Position numbers and translations under genes: made by a program
Shown: positions 9,210-17,375 of the stretch, one piece after another
Layout of the letters: each line of letters starts with the position of its first letter
Numbering within the stretch: the first letter of the stretch is position 1
Assembly (NCBI GenBank): GCA_015654855.1
Contig: JAATGA010000295.1
Span: 1-44,127 of the forward strand
Length of the DNA stretch: 44,127 nucleotides
Origin: Rhodobacterales bacterium
GTDB taxonomy: Bacteria; Pseudomonadota; Alphaproteobacteria; Rhodobacterales; Rhodobacteraceae
Direction: 5' to 3'
The notes under the pieces: model-generated
The model's input: the letters and a program-made list of their open reading frames with translations, nothing else
Told to the model about the DNA's origin: nothing
Database searches by the model: none

Positions 9210-10193
9210 ATGCAGCAGATAGCGATCGCCCCGGGCGCCGCACCACGCCGGAAACTCCGCCTCGGCGGGCAGATGATCGGGATCATCGGCGCCTTCCTGG
9301 TGCTGATCGGCATTTCCGCTCTGGTCTCGCCACAGTTCATCAGCAGCTACAACCTGACAATCATGTCGCGCGACCTGGCCTTCATCGGCATCGTGGCGAC
9401 GGCGCAGGGACTGTTGCTTCTGCTGGGCGACATCGACGTGTCGATCGGCGCCATCGCCGGTCTGGCCGGCATCGTCTGCGCCAAGATGATCGTCGACATG
9501 GGCGCCGATCCGGCGCTGGCCATCCCGGCGGCGATCCTGGTCGCCGCGGCGGCGGGGGCGCTGAACGGGCTGATCATCACCTTGCTGAACCTGAATTCGC
9601 TGGTCGTCACCATCGGTATGCTGTCGGTCTATTCCGGGCTGAACCTGCTGATCACCCAGGGGCGCACCATCGTGAACCTGCCGAAGCATGTGACCTTCCT
9701 CGGCAGCGGCCAGGCGTTCGGCCTGCCGGTCACGCTGTGGGTGATGTTGGCGATGTTCCTGGTCGTGCTGTTCGTCACCGCGCGCACCGTCTTCGGCCGC
9801 CAGCTCTACGCCGTCGGCAACAGCCGCGAGGCCGCGCGCATCGTCGGCATCTCGGAGGTTCGGGTTCGCGTCACCGCCTTTGCCATCGCCGGCGGGCTGG
9901 CGGGCGTTGCGGGAATCCTGCTGTGCTTCCGGCTGATGTCGGCACAGGCGACGCTGGGGCAATCCTGGCTTCTGCCCTCGATTGCCGCGCCGGTGATCGG
10001 CGGAATCGCGACGACCGGCGGGATCGGCACCATCTGGGGCGCGCTGATCGGCGCGGCCATCATGGTGGTGATCGGCAACATCATCGTCCTCGGCGGCGTC
10101 GGCATCTACCTGCAACAGATCGTGACCGGCCTGATCGTCGTCATCGCCGTGGCCCTCGACGCCATCATGCGCCGCTTCTCGGCCGGCAACTGA
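9210..10193 (+). CDS. ABC transporter permease (RbsC/LsrC-like, CUT2)
   Basis: 327 aa, strongly hydrophobic multi-pass protein. GGGAGAGG RBS upstream. It follows the ATPase gene. Confidence 0.9.
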   Translation: MQQIAIAPGAAPRRKLRLGGQMIGIIGAFLVLIGISALVSPQFISSYNLTIMSRDLAFIGIVATAQGLLLLLGDIDVSIGAIAGLAGIVCAKMIVDMGADPALAIPAAILVAAAAGALNGLIITLLNLNSLVVTIGMLSVYSGLNLLITQGRTIVNLPKHVTFLGSGQAFGLPVTLWVMLAMFLVVLFVTARTVFGRQLYAVGNSREAARIVGISEVRVRVTAFAIAGGLAGVAGILLCFRLMSAQATLGQSWLLPSIAAPVIGGIATTGGIGTIWGALIGAAIMVVIGNIIVLGGVGIYLQQIVTGLIVVIAVALDAIMRRFSAGN

Positions 10194-10221
10194 ACACAGC
10201 ATCTTCAAGGGAGGAAAGAGG

Positions 10222-10707
10222 ATGAGCCAACCCGCAACCATCTCGCAGATCGGCCTGGTCGTGCGCGACCTGGAAAAGACCATGCGGAAATACACCGAGC
10301 TGTTCGGCTGGGGTCCGTGGAACGTCTACGAACACAAGGGACCGACGCTGCACGACACCCATCTGCACGGCAAGTCCGAGGATTATTCCATGCTCTGCGC
10401 CGAGGTGATGGTCGGCCCGATCTGTTTCGAGCTGATCCAGCCGCTGACCGGCAGGAATATCTACAGCGAATGGCTGGAAGAACATGGCGAAGGCTTTCAC
10501 CACCTGGCGATGATGCAGCATGGCGCGGCGGAATCGGATGCCTTCAGAAAGAAGCTGCTCGATGCCGGCGGCAAGATGATGATGGGCGGCCGCATCGGCG
10601 AGACCATCGAGTTCTACTATGTCGACACTCAGCCGCAGCTTGGCGTGATCGTCGAATCCGGCACCGGCCATGCCATCGACCTGAAGCCGATCCGCACCTA
10701 TCCGTGA
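10222..10707 (+). CDS. VOC (glyoxalase/bleomycin resistance/dioxygenase) family protein
   Basis: 161 aa. The pattern ISQIGLVVRDLEKTMRKYTELFGWGPW...GEGFHHLAMM is typical of VOC-fold proteins. GGGAGGAAAGAGG RBS upstream. Confidence 0.8.
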   Translation: MSQPATISQIGLVVRDLEKTMRKYTELFGWGPWNVYEHKGPTLHDTHLHGKSEDYSMLCAEVMVGPICFELIQPLTGRNIYSEWLEEHGEGFHHLAMMQHGAAESDAFRKKLLDAGGKMMMGGRIGETIEFYYVDTQPQLGVIVESGTGHAIDLKPIRTYP

Positions 10708-10712
10708 CCCAT

Positions 10713-10750
10713 GCTCCCGGCGGGGCACGACAGACCGCGCCGCCGGGAGC
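10713..10750 (+). terminator. GC-rich hairpin after the VOC gene (possible attenuator or terminator)
   Basis: Perfect 11-bp inverted repeat GCTCCCGGCGG ... CCGCCGGGAGC with a 16-nt loop, followed by CCCTTTC. No real U-run. Confidence 0.3.
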
Positions 10751-10862
10751 CCCTTTCGACCAACCGCCCCCCTGCCCGACGCCCGCGACAGCGCGCGACC
10801 GCCGCCCCGAAGGGGCGTCCGCGGTCCGGCCGTGGCCGGCCCCATGAAGGAGAATACGCCCG

Positions 10863-11906
10863 ATGGAAACCCTGAAGATCGCGATTGTCGGCGACCGGTT
10901 CCTGCGTGCGGATGTCTTTGAGACAGCCGTTCGTGCCGAGATCGACCGCCCGCTGGAGGTCGTCAAGACCGATCTGGACTGGCCCGATGTGCCCTTCCAC
11001 GGCGGCAACGGCCCTGCGGGGGCCGAGATCAAGGAATACAGCGGCGCCCCCGACGATATCGGCAGCCTGCTGAAGAATGCCGATGCGCTGATCACCCATC
11101 TGGCGCCGGTGACCGCCGGTCTGCTGGCCGGCAGCCCGAAGCTGCGCTTCGTCGGCGTCTCGCGCGGGGGGCCGACCAATGTGAACATGGCCGCCGCCCA
11201 AGAGCGCGGCGTGACCGTCTGCAACGTGCCCGGCCGCAATGCCGCCGCCGTCGCCGAATTCACCATCGGCCAGATCCTGGCCACCGTGCGGCGGATCACC
11301 ATCGGCCATTCGGGGCTGGAACGCGGCGTGTGGCGCGGCGACCTTTACCGCTATGACCGGACGGGCGACGAGCTTTGCGACCTGACCGTCGGCATCCTCG
11401 GCTACAGCCATGTCGGCCAGCGGGTGGTGCGGCTGCTGAAACCCTTCGGCTGCCGGATTCTGATCTGCGATCCCTATGCGCGGCTGACCGTCGCCGATGC
11501 GGTCTAGGGCGTGGAGCAAGTCGATCTGGACGATCTGTGCGCGCGGTCCGACGTGCTCAGCCTGCACGCTCGCGTGACGCCCGAGACGCGGGGCATGTTC
11601 GACGCCGCACGGATCGCGAAGATGAAGCCCGGCGCGGTGCTGATCAACAATGCCCGCGGCGAGCTTGTCGACCAGGGCGCGCTGGTCGCGGCGCTGACCT
11701 CCGGCCATCTGGGCGGTGCGGCGCTCGACACCTTCGCCACCGAGCCGCCGGCGCAGGACGACCCGATCCTGACCCTGCCGAACGTGACGCTGACCCCGCA
11801 TATCGCGGGTGCCTCGCGCCAGGTGGTCAGCTACGCTGCGACGATGATCGCGCGCGATCTGGGGCGCTTCCTGCGCGGGACACCGCTGAGGAACCCCTGC
11901 ACCTGA
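10863..11906 (+). pseudogene. D-isomer-specific 2-hydroxyacid dehydrogenase (PGDH-like) interrupted by one in-frame TAG at 11505-11507
   Basis: Track ORFs 10863-11507 and 11511-11906 are in the same frame, separated only by TAG and GGC. The joined product (…ICDPYARLTVADAV*GVEQVDLDDLCARSDVLSLHARVTPETRGMF…NNARGELVD…TPHIAGAS) is a normal full-length family member with the NAD-binding GxGxxG (GILGYSHVG) and a catalytic His region. Confidence 0.8.
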
Positions 11907-12046
11907 CGGCGACCGTCGCCCGCCCGGGAGGGGGCGGGCGATCCGTGCAAACAAATCGACAGGGCAAGGGGCGGCGGCGCGCAGCCGCCCCGACCGGGCG
12001 TCGTGGAGGACGCCGGCCCCGACCGGGGCCAGATGGGGAGGAGACC

Positions 12047-13654
12047 ATGAGACAGACGGCAAGAGCCGCCGGCAGCTATGTCATGGCGCTGGATGCCGGC
12101 ACCGGCAGCGGGCGGGCGATCATCTATGATCTGACCGGCGCCATCGCCGGGCTGGGGCAAGAGGAATGGAGCCATCCGGCGGTGCCCGGCGCGCCGGGTG
12201 GCCTCGATTTCGACACCGCGGCCAACGGCCCGCTGCTCGACCGGGTGATCGCCGAGGCCTTGCGCCAGGCGGGGCTGCAACCCGGCGACATCGCCGCCGT
12301 CGCCTGCACCGCGATGCGCGAAGGCTTCGTGCTTTATGACGAGGACGACCGCGAGATCTGGGCCTGCCCCAATGTCGACTCGCGTGCCCGTTGCGAGGCC
12401 GAGGAACTGACCGAGAGCGGGGCCGCCGATCGCATCTTCGCCATTGCCGGCGACTGGGTCTCGATCACCGCGCCGGCGCGGGTCCTGTGGATCCGCCGCC
12501 ATTTGCCCGAGGTCTGGGCGCGCACCCGGCGCTTTGCACTGCTGGCGGACTGGATGGCGACCCGGCTGACCGGAGTCCATGCGACGGAGCCGAGCGGCGG
12601 CTCTTCCTCGGCCCTGTTCGACCTCGCCCGCCGCGACTGGTCGGACGAGTTGCTGGCGCTTGTCGGCCTTGACCGGTCGATCATGGCGCCGGTGCGCGAA
12701 AGCGGCACGAGGCTGGGCGAAATCTCCCCCGCCGCCGCCGCGCGCTGCGGCCTGGCCGCGGGAACGCCGGTCTTCGCCGGCGGGGCCGACACGCAGCTCG
12801 CACTCCTCGGCCTTGGCCGGCGGGCGGGGGATGCGACGCTGGTCGGCGGCAGCTTCTGGCAGATGACGGTGCTGACCGACCGGCCGCTGATCGACCCCGA
12901 TTGCGGCCCGCGCACCCTGTGCCATGTGCGACCCGACGAATGGATGACGGAAGGCATCGGCTTTCTGACCGGCTTCAGCCTGCGCTGGCTGCGCGACACC
13001 TTCTTCGAGCCGCTGCGCCAGGCCTTCGGCGCCGAAGGGTCGAGTTTCACGCTGATCGAAACCATGGCAGCCGCCGCCCCTCCGGGTGCGGGGGGCGTGA
13101 TCGCCACCGTCTCCCATCCGATGCAGTCCGACGCGTGGGAGCATCCGCCGCTCGGCCTGCACGGCTTTGACATCAACAACCCCGCCGCCGGCCTCGGCTG
13201 TGCGGCGCGGGCGGTGATGGAAACCGGCGCCTTCCTCGCCCGCGCCCATCTCGACCGGCTGGAACGGCTGTCGGGGCGGCGCTACGAGACGATCCGGTTC
13301 ACCGGCGGCTCTGCCCGGGGCGATACCTGGCCGCAGATCGTGGCCGATGTGCTGGGCCGCCCGGTGGAAATCCCGACGGTCAAGGAAACCTCTGCCCTCG
13401 GCTGCGCCATGCTGGCGGCAGCGGGGGCCGGGCTTTACCCGACGCTCGACGCCGCGGTCGCGGCAATGAGCAGCCCCATCGAGCGTCGCATCACCCCTTC
13501 GGCCGAGCGTCACGCCGCCTATGCCGAAATCGAAAGGCGCTGGCGCGCAGTCAGCCGCCACGCTTCCATCATGGCCGGAGAGCACTTGCTCGCGCCCCTG
13601 TGGCAACCGGCCGGAGCCAGGAAAGGAAAACACGATGCACTCACGCTGGGATGA
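12047..13654 (+). CDS. FGGY-family carbohydrate kinase, LsrK (autoinducer-2 kinase)-like
   Basis: YVMALDAGTGSGRAIIYDLTGAIAGLGQEEWSHPAVPGAPGGLDFD closely parallels the E. coli LsrK N-terminus as I recall it (YLMALDAGTGSIRAVIFDL...AEWRHLAVPDVPGSMEFD). Later FGGY motifs are also present (GGADTQLALLG, TGFSLRWLRD, FTGGSARG, KETSALGCA). ATG at 12047 with GGGGAGGAG RBS. The Arg-rich upstream extension of the track ORF is rejected. Confidence 0.85.
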   Translation: MRQTARAAGSYVMALDAGTGSGRAIIYDLTGAIAGLGQEEWSHPAVPGAPGGLDFDTAANGPLLDRVIAEALRQAGLQPGDIAAVACTAMREGFVLYDEDDREIWACPNVDSRARCEAEELTESGAADRIFAIAGDWVSITAPARVLWIRRHLPEVWARTRRFALLADWMATRLTGVHATEPSGGSSSALFDLARRDWSDELLALVGLDRSIMAPVRESGTRLGEISPAAAARCGLAAGTPVFAGGADTQLALLGLGRRAGDATLVGGSFWQMTVLTDRPLIDPDCGPRTLCHVRPDEWMTEGIGFLTGFSLRWLRDTFFEPLRQAFGAEGSSFTLIETMAAAAPPGAGGVIATVSHPMQSDAWEHPPLGLHGFDINNPAAGLGCAARAVMETGAFLARAHLDRLERLSGRRYETIRFTGGSARGDTWPQIVADVLGRPVEIPTVKETSALGCAMLAAAGAGLYPTLDAAVAAMSSPIERRITPSAERHAAYAEIERRWRAVSRHASIMAGEHLLAPLWQPAGARKGKHDALTLG

Positions 13655-14900
13655 CGCGGAAGCCGCGCGGATCGAGGCTGCGGCCGGCGAGGATCCGGCC
13701 GATCGCGCGCTGGCGCTGCGGGTCTATACCTCGCGGCTTATCGGGCAGGAACCGGACCTCGTGCTGCATGGCGGCGGCAATACCTCGGTCAAGGTCGCGC
13801 GCCGCAATGGCGCGGGCGAACTGGCCCCGGTGATCCATGTCAAGGGATCTGGCTGGGATCTGGCGACGATCGAGGCGCCGGGTCTGCCTGGCATGTGGCT
13901 CGACCCACTGCTGGCCGCGCGCAACATTCCAGACATGAGCGACGAGGAAATGGTTCGTTTTCTGCGCGCCGAGATGCTGGACCAAACCGGCCCCACGCCC
14001 TCGGTCGAAGCCCTGATGCACGCTTTCCTGCCGCAAGAAGTGGTCGACCACACCCATTCGGCGGCCGCTCTCGCGCTGGCGAACCAGCCCGATGCGGCCG
14101 GTATCGCGCGGGCGATCTATGGCGACCGGTTGTGCGTGGTGCCTTACGTCATGCCGGGCTTCGCCTTGTCACATGCGGCCGACGGCATCTTCGCGGCCGA
14201 GGGCGAGGGGACCGAGGGCATGTTCCTGGTCAACCACGGCCTCTTCAGCTTTGCCGGGGATGCCCGCACCTCCTACGAAAACATCCTGCGTTTCACCAAT
14301 GAATGCGAGGCGTTCCTCGCCGACAACGGCGCCCCCCTGACCGGACCCGAGGGCGATGCGCGGGTGTCGTGGACGCCGCCGGAAGTCGTGGCGCTGGCCG
14401 AGGCGCTCGGCGCCCACGCACCGTTCCGCGAAAACCTCGCGGTCGATCTGCGCTCCAGCCCCGCCATCGACCGTTATCTCGCCCTACCCGATCTGGCGGA
14501 GATCTCGGCCCGCGGCACGGTGACGCCCGACCATGTGATCCGCATCAAGCCACGCCTGGTGATCGGCGCCAAGGGCTTCGCCCGGGGCGACTGGGACCGT
14601 GCGCTCGCCGCCTATGCCGACTGGTATCAGGCCTATTTCACCCGCAACGCGGCCCGGGCGACAGAGCCCAAGACCATGCTCGACCCGATGCCCCGCGTGG
14701 CGCTGATTCCGGGTCTTGGCATCGCAGGCTTCGGCCGCAACGCCAGGGAGGCCGCCATCGCCGCCGACCTGGCCGAGCAGAGCGCGCGGGTGATCTGGAG
14801 TGCCGAGCGGTTTGGCCGCTTCACCCCGCTGGCAGAAGCCGACCTGTTCGACATGGAATACTGGTCGCTGGAGCAGGCGAAACTGCGCGCCGCCGGGTAG
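13635..14900 (+). CDS. class II aldolase/adducin-domain protein (equivalent to the N-terminal half of bifunctional rhamnulose-1-P aldolase/SDR proteins)
   Basis: MHSRWDDAEAARIEAA...ALRVYTSRLIGQEPDLVLHGGGNTSVKV matches the YuxG/RhaD-type N-terminus. It ends at ...MEYWSLEQAKLRAAG, about where the SDR domain begins in fused homologues. AGGAAAGGAAAA RBS upstream. It overlaps the kinase gene by 20 nt. Confidence 0.8.
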   Translation: MHSRWDDAEAARIEAAAGEDPADRALALRVYTSRLIGQEPDLVLHGGGNTSVKVARRNGAGELAPVIHVKGSGWDLATIEAPGLPGMWLDPLLAARNIPDMSDEEMVRFLRAEMLDQTGPTPSVEALMHAFLPQEVVDHTHSAAALALANQPDAAGIARAIYGDRLCVVPYVMPGFALSHAADGIFAAEGEGTEGMFLVNHGLFSFAGDARTSYENILRFTNECEAFLADNGAPLTGPEGDARVSWTPPEVVALAEALGAHAPFRENLAVDLRSSPAIDRYLALPDLAEISARGTVTPDHVIRIKPRLVIGAKGFARGDWDRALAAYADWYQAYFTRNAARATEPKTMLDPMPRVALIPGLGIAGFGRNAREAAIAADLAEQSARVIWSAERFGRFTPLAEADLFDMEYWSLEQAKLRAAG

Positions 14901-14937
14901 ATCCCGGCGATGTCGGCCTGTTCGCGACCGACGGGCG

Positions 14938-14970
14938 GCCCCTGCCCTGTCGGTGCGACACGGCAGGGGC
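14938..14970 (+). terminator. strong GC hairpin downstream of the aldolase gene
   Basis: GCCCCTGCCCTGTCG-GTG-CGACACGGCAGGGGC forms a 15-bp stem with one mismatch and a 3-nt loop, 38 nt after the TAG stop. No U-run. Confidence 0.45.
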
Positions 14971-14999
14971 AGGACAAGCCTGGCACGACCGAACATGGT

Positions 15000-15022
15000 G
15001 AGCGATCTTTCCGGGATCGCTC
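15000..15022 (+). terminator. second hairpin (GAGCGATC-TTTCCGG-GATCGCTC) followed by TTCT
   Basis: Perfect 8-bp stem with a 7-nt loop and a short T-rich tail. Confidence 0.4.
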
Positions 15023-15302
15023 TTCTGCGAGCCTGGGCGCGGGGCAACCCCCCCGGTTTCGGGCCGTATAAGTTTCGGGGTTCACAGCATGTCCGGCCAA
15101 CCCGTCGCCGCGGGTTGCGACACTCCCCTGCCCGGCGAAAGAACGGCGCCGGGGCCGGGCGGAACCCGCGGACGCGGCGACCTCGAACGCCGCATGGTCC
15201 GCGTGGAAACTTGCGGCCTGTCGCCGCTTTCCCTATGCAGAAAGGGAGGCCTGCTCTGTAACGGAGACATGCTGTCTTTCATTTGCCTGCGAGTTCACAC
15301 CC

Positions 15303-16259
15303 ATGTCGCGCAAACCCGATGCCCAGGATCTCATCAACGAGATCGCCTGGATGCATTATATCGGCGGTTTGAGCCAGGCCGATATTGCCGAGCGGCGTGG
15401 CATCAGCCGGATGAAGGTGCATCGCCTGGTCCAGGCGGCGCATGACAAGGGTATCGTCCGCTTCTTCGTCGATCGGGTCAGCCCGAGCTGCATCAAACTC
15501 GAAAATGAGTTGATGAAGCGCTATGGCCTGTCCAGCTGCACGGTTGCGCCGGATTCGGGTTTGCCTGAAACGATGGAAGGCGCGATGCCGGTGGTCGCCG
15601 CCGCCGGGGCCGCATTTTTGCATGGTCGTCTGGAGCCGACCGAGCCCGCGGTCTTTGGTATCGGCTCCGGTCGGACGATGGCGGAGGTGGTCCGCCACTT
15701 GCCGACGTTACGCCGCAGCAAGGCCGAATTCGTTTCTGCCACCGGAGATTTCGCCGCATTGAGTTCCGCCAATCCCTTCGAGGTCATCAACATCCTGATA
15801 GAACGCACCGGGGGCAGCGGCTACGCGCTGACCGCACCGCTGGTCGTTGATACCGAAGAGGATCGCAACCTCTTCCTGCGCCAGCGCAGCATCCGTTCCG
15901 CGCTGGCCAAACTCGGGACGGCATCAATGATCATGGGGGGAATCGGTCATATCGGAGACGGGTCGTTTCTGCACTCCTTTGCCCTTCTGGACGACGGGGA
16001 GATGGCGGAGCTGGCACAATGCGGTGCGACTGCGGATCTGCTGGGCAACCTTCTGGATGAAGCCGGCCGGCCCATCGACACAGCGATCTCGCGCCGGATG
16101 ATTGCGCTCGACCTGCAATTGATGGAGTCGCGCGAGGTAGTGGCGGTAGCGGCGGGAACCGAGAAATGCCGGGCGGTGCGCAGCGTGCTGCGCTCGGGCT
16201 TCCTGAACGGGTTGATCACCACCCAGGCGCTTGCCGAAATGGTGCTCGCTGAAACCTGA
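15303..16259 (+). CDS. SorC/DeoR-type sugar-binding transcriptional regulator (LsrR/EryD-like)
   Basis: N-terminal HTH EIAWMHYIGGLSQADIAERRGISRMKVHRLVQAAHDKGIVRF, followed by a ~250-aa sugar-phosphate-binding domain. Architecture and length (318 aa) match the SorC family. Confidence 0.85.
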   Translation: MSRKPDAQDLINEIAWMHYIGGLSQADIAERRGISRMKVHRLVQAAHDKGIVRFFVDRVSPSCIKLENELMKRYGLSSCTVAPDSGLPETMEGAMPVVAAAGAAFLHGRLEPTEPAVFGIGSGRTMAEVVRHLPTLRRSKAEFVSATGDFAALSSANPFEVINILIERTGGSGYALTAPLVVDTEEDRNLFLRQRSIRSALAKLGTASMIMGGIGHIGDGSFLHSFALLDDGEMAELAQCGATADLLGNLLDEAGRPIDTAISRRMIALDLQLMESREVVAVAAGTEKCRAVRSVLRSGFLNGLITTQALAEMVLAET

Positions 16260-16411
16260 GGGGCCGGCATGTTGACGCCGAACATATGGAGGAGACGCGT
16301 GGCGGCCGCGAAAGATGCCTCGGCAGATCGCGGGTTTGCCCCCTGCCGCAGATGCGTATCCTGCACCCCGACATCGGCGCGGACCTCCGGCAGTGCCATG
16401 CCTTCAAGTGT

Positions 16412-17368
16412 TCAGCCCCTGATCAGGTGCCGGTCGTCCGCGCGACTGCCGGGGCGCAGGCGGCCGGCCTCGGCCACGACCTCGGCCAGCACCGAGATCG
16501 CCAGCGTGCGGGCATCGCGCGCGCCGGGCAGCAGGCCGGTTGGCCCTTTCATCGCGGCGATCCGGTCCGCCGGAATACCCAGGCGGACCAGCGCCTCGTC
16601 GCGGCGGGCGCGGGTGCGCCGGCTGCCCTGGGCGCCGATGTAGAAAGCCTCGCTCCCCGCCGCGTGCGCGAGGATCGCGGGCTCCCATTCGTGATCGTGA
16701 AAGAACAGGGTCACGGCGGTATAGCGGTCAAGGGCCACTTCGCCCAAAGCTCCGGGCCGAAGCAGGCGGTGCCGCGCGATCCGTTCCGACCGGGCCACAT
16801 CAAGTGTTTCGTCATCGGGTGAATGCAAAGCCGTCGCATAACCGGCCGAGGCGGTGAGTTCGGCGAAGGTCACCGCCTCGGGCCCTTTGCCGAAAACCTG
16901 AAAGGTGATGTCGGGCACCAGCTTCAGCCCCAGCAGCGCATCGCTGTCCGCCCCGACCCGCAAGCCCCGATCGGAAACCGACAGAAGCGCCTCGCGCCGG
17001 TCGCTTCGTGCCCGTGCGAGCGCGTCCAGAACCTCCGCCCCCGGCGCGGGCAGAATCGTCACATCCAGCGCCCCGCCGCAGGGCAGGCGGATGTCGAAGA
17101 ACGGCGAACCCGCGCCATAACGGATGGAACGTCCGCGCCCCAGGGCCAGGCACTCCATCGCATGAAACGCGATGTCGCGCTCGACACAGCCCGAAGACAG
17201 CGAGCCTGCCACCACCCGCCCGTCGCGGATCCACATCGCGGCCCCGACAGGGCGATAGGCCGGCCCTTCCGTCCCGGTCAGGATGGCGAGCGCGCTGTTC
17301 TTCGGATCTTCGATCCCCGGGGCGACCGGAAAATCCGCGAAGGTGATGCAGGCGCTGCGCGGTTCCAT
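16412..17368 (-). CDS. XdhC/CoxI-family molybdenum hydroxylase accessory protein
   Basis: 318 aa. The LTGTEGPAYRPVGAAMWI...GSLSGGCVE-like motif (SLSSGCVERD) and a C-terminal Rossmann-like part are present. It lies immediately downstream of the Mo subunit gene. Confidence 0.8.
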   Translation of the reverse strand: MEPRSACITFADFPVAPGIEDPKNSALAILTGTEGPAYRPVGAAMWIRDGRVVAGSLSSGCVERDIAFHAMECLALGRGRSIRYGAGSPFFDIRLPCGGALDVTILPAPGAEVLDALARARSDRREALLSVSDRGLRVGADSDALLGLKLVPDITFQVFGKGPEAVTFAELTASAGYATALHSPDDETLDVARSERIARHRLLRPGALGEVALDRYTAVTLFFHDHEWEPAILAHAAGSEAFYIGAQGSRRTRARRDEALVRLGIPADRIAAMKGPTGLLPGARDARTLAISVLAEVVAEAGRLRPGSRADDRHLIRG

Positions 17369-17375
17369 GGCGGGA

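Noticed and set aside
11375-12046. The 224-codon N-terminal extension of the kinase ORF in the track (and similar extensions of ORFs 6340, 7459, 13521, 21263, 29178, 30538, 31563, 35197, 36948 and 37916).
   Set aside because: The extensions are Arg/Pro-rich, overlap upstream genes and lack RBSs. Internal starts with Shine-Dalgarno sequences give N-termini that match the protein families.
14898-15070. The aldolase TAG stop as a fourth read-through site, because fused homologues continue into an SDR domain at this point.
   Set aside because: The in-frame continuation (IPAMSACSRPTGGPCPVGATRQG...) has no SDR motifs such as TGxxxGxG. It is only ~55 codons long and runs through two terminator-like hairpins. 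No other frame encodes an SDR in the 400-bp spacer.
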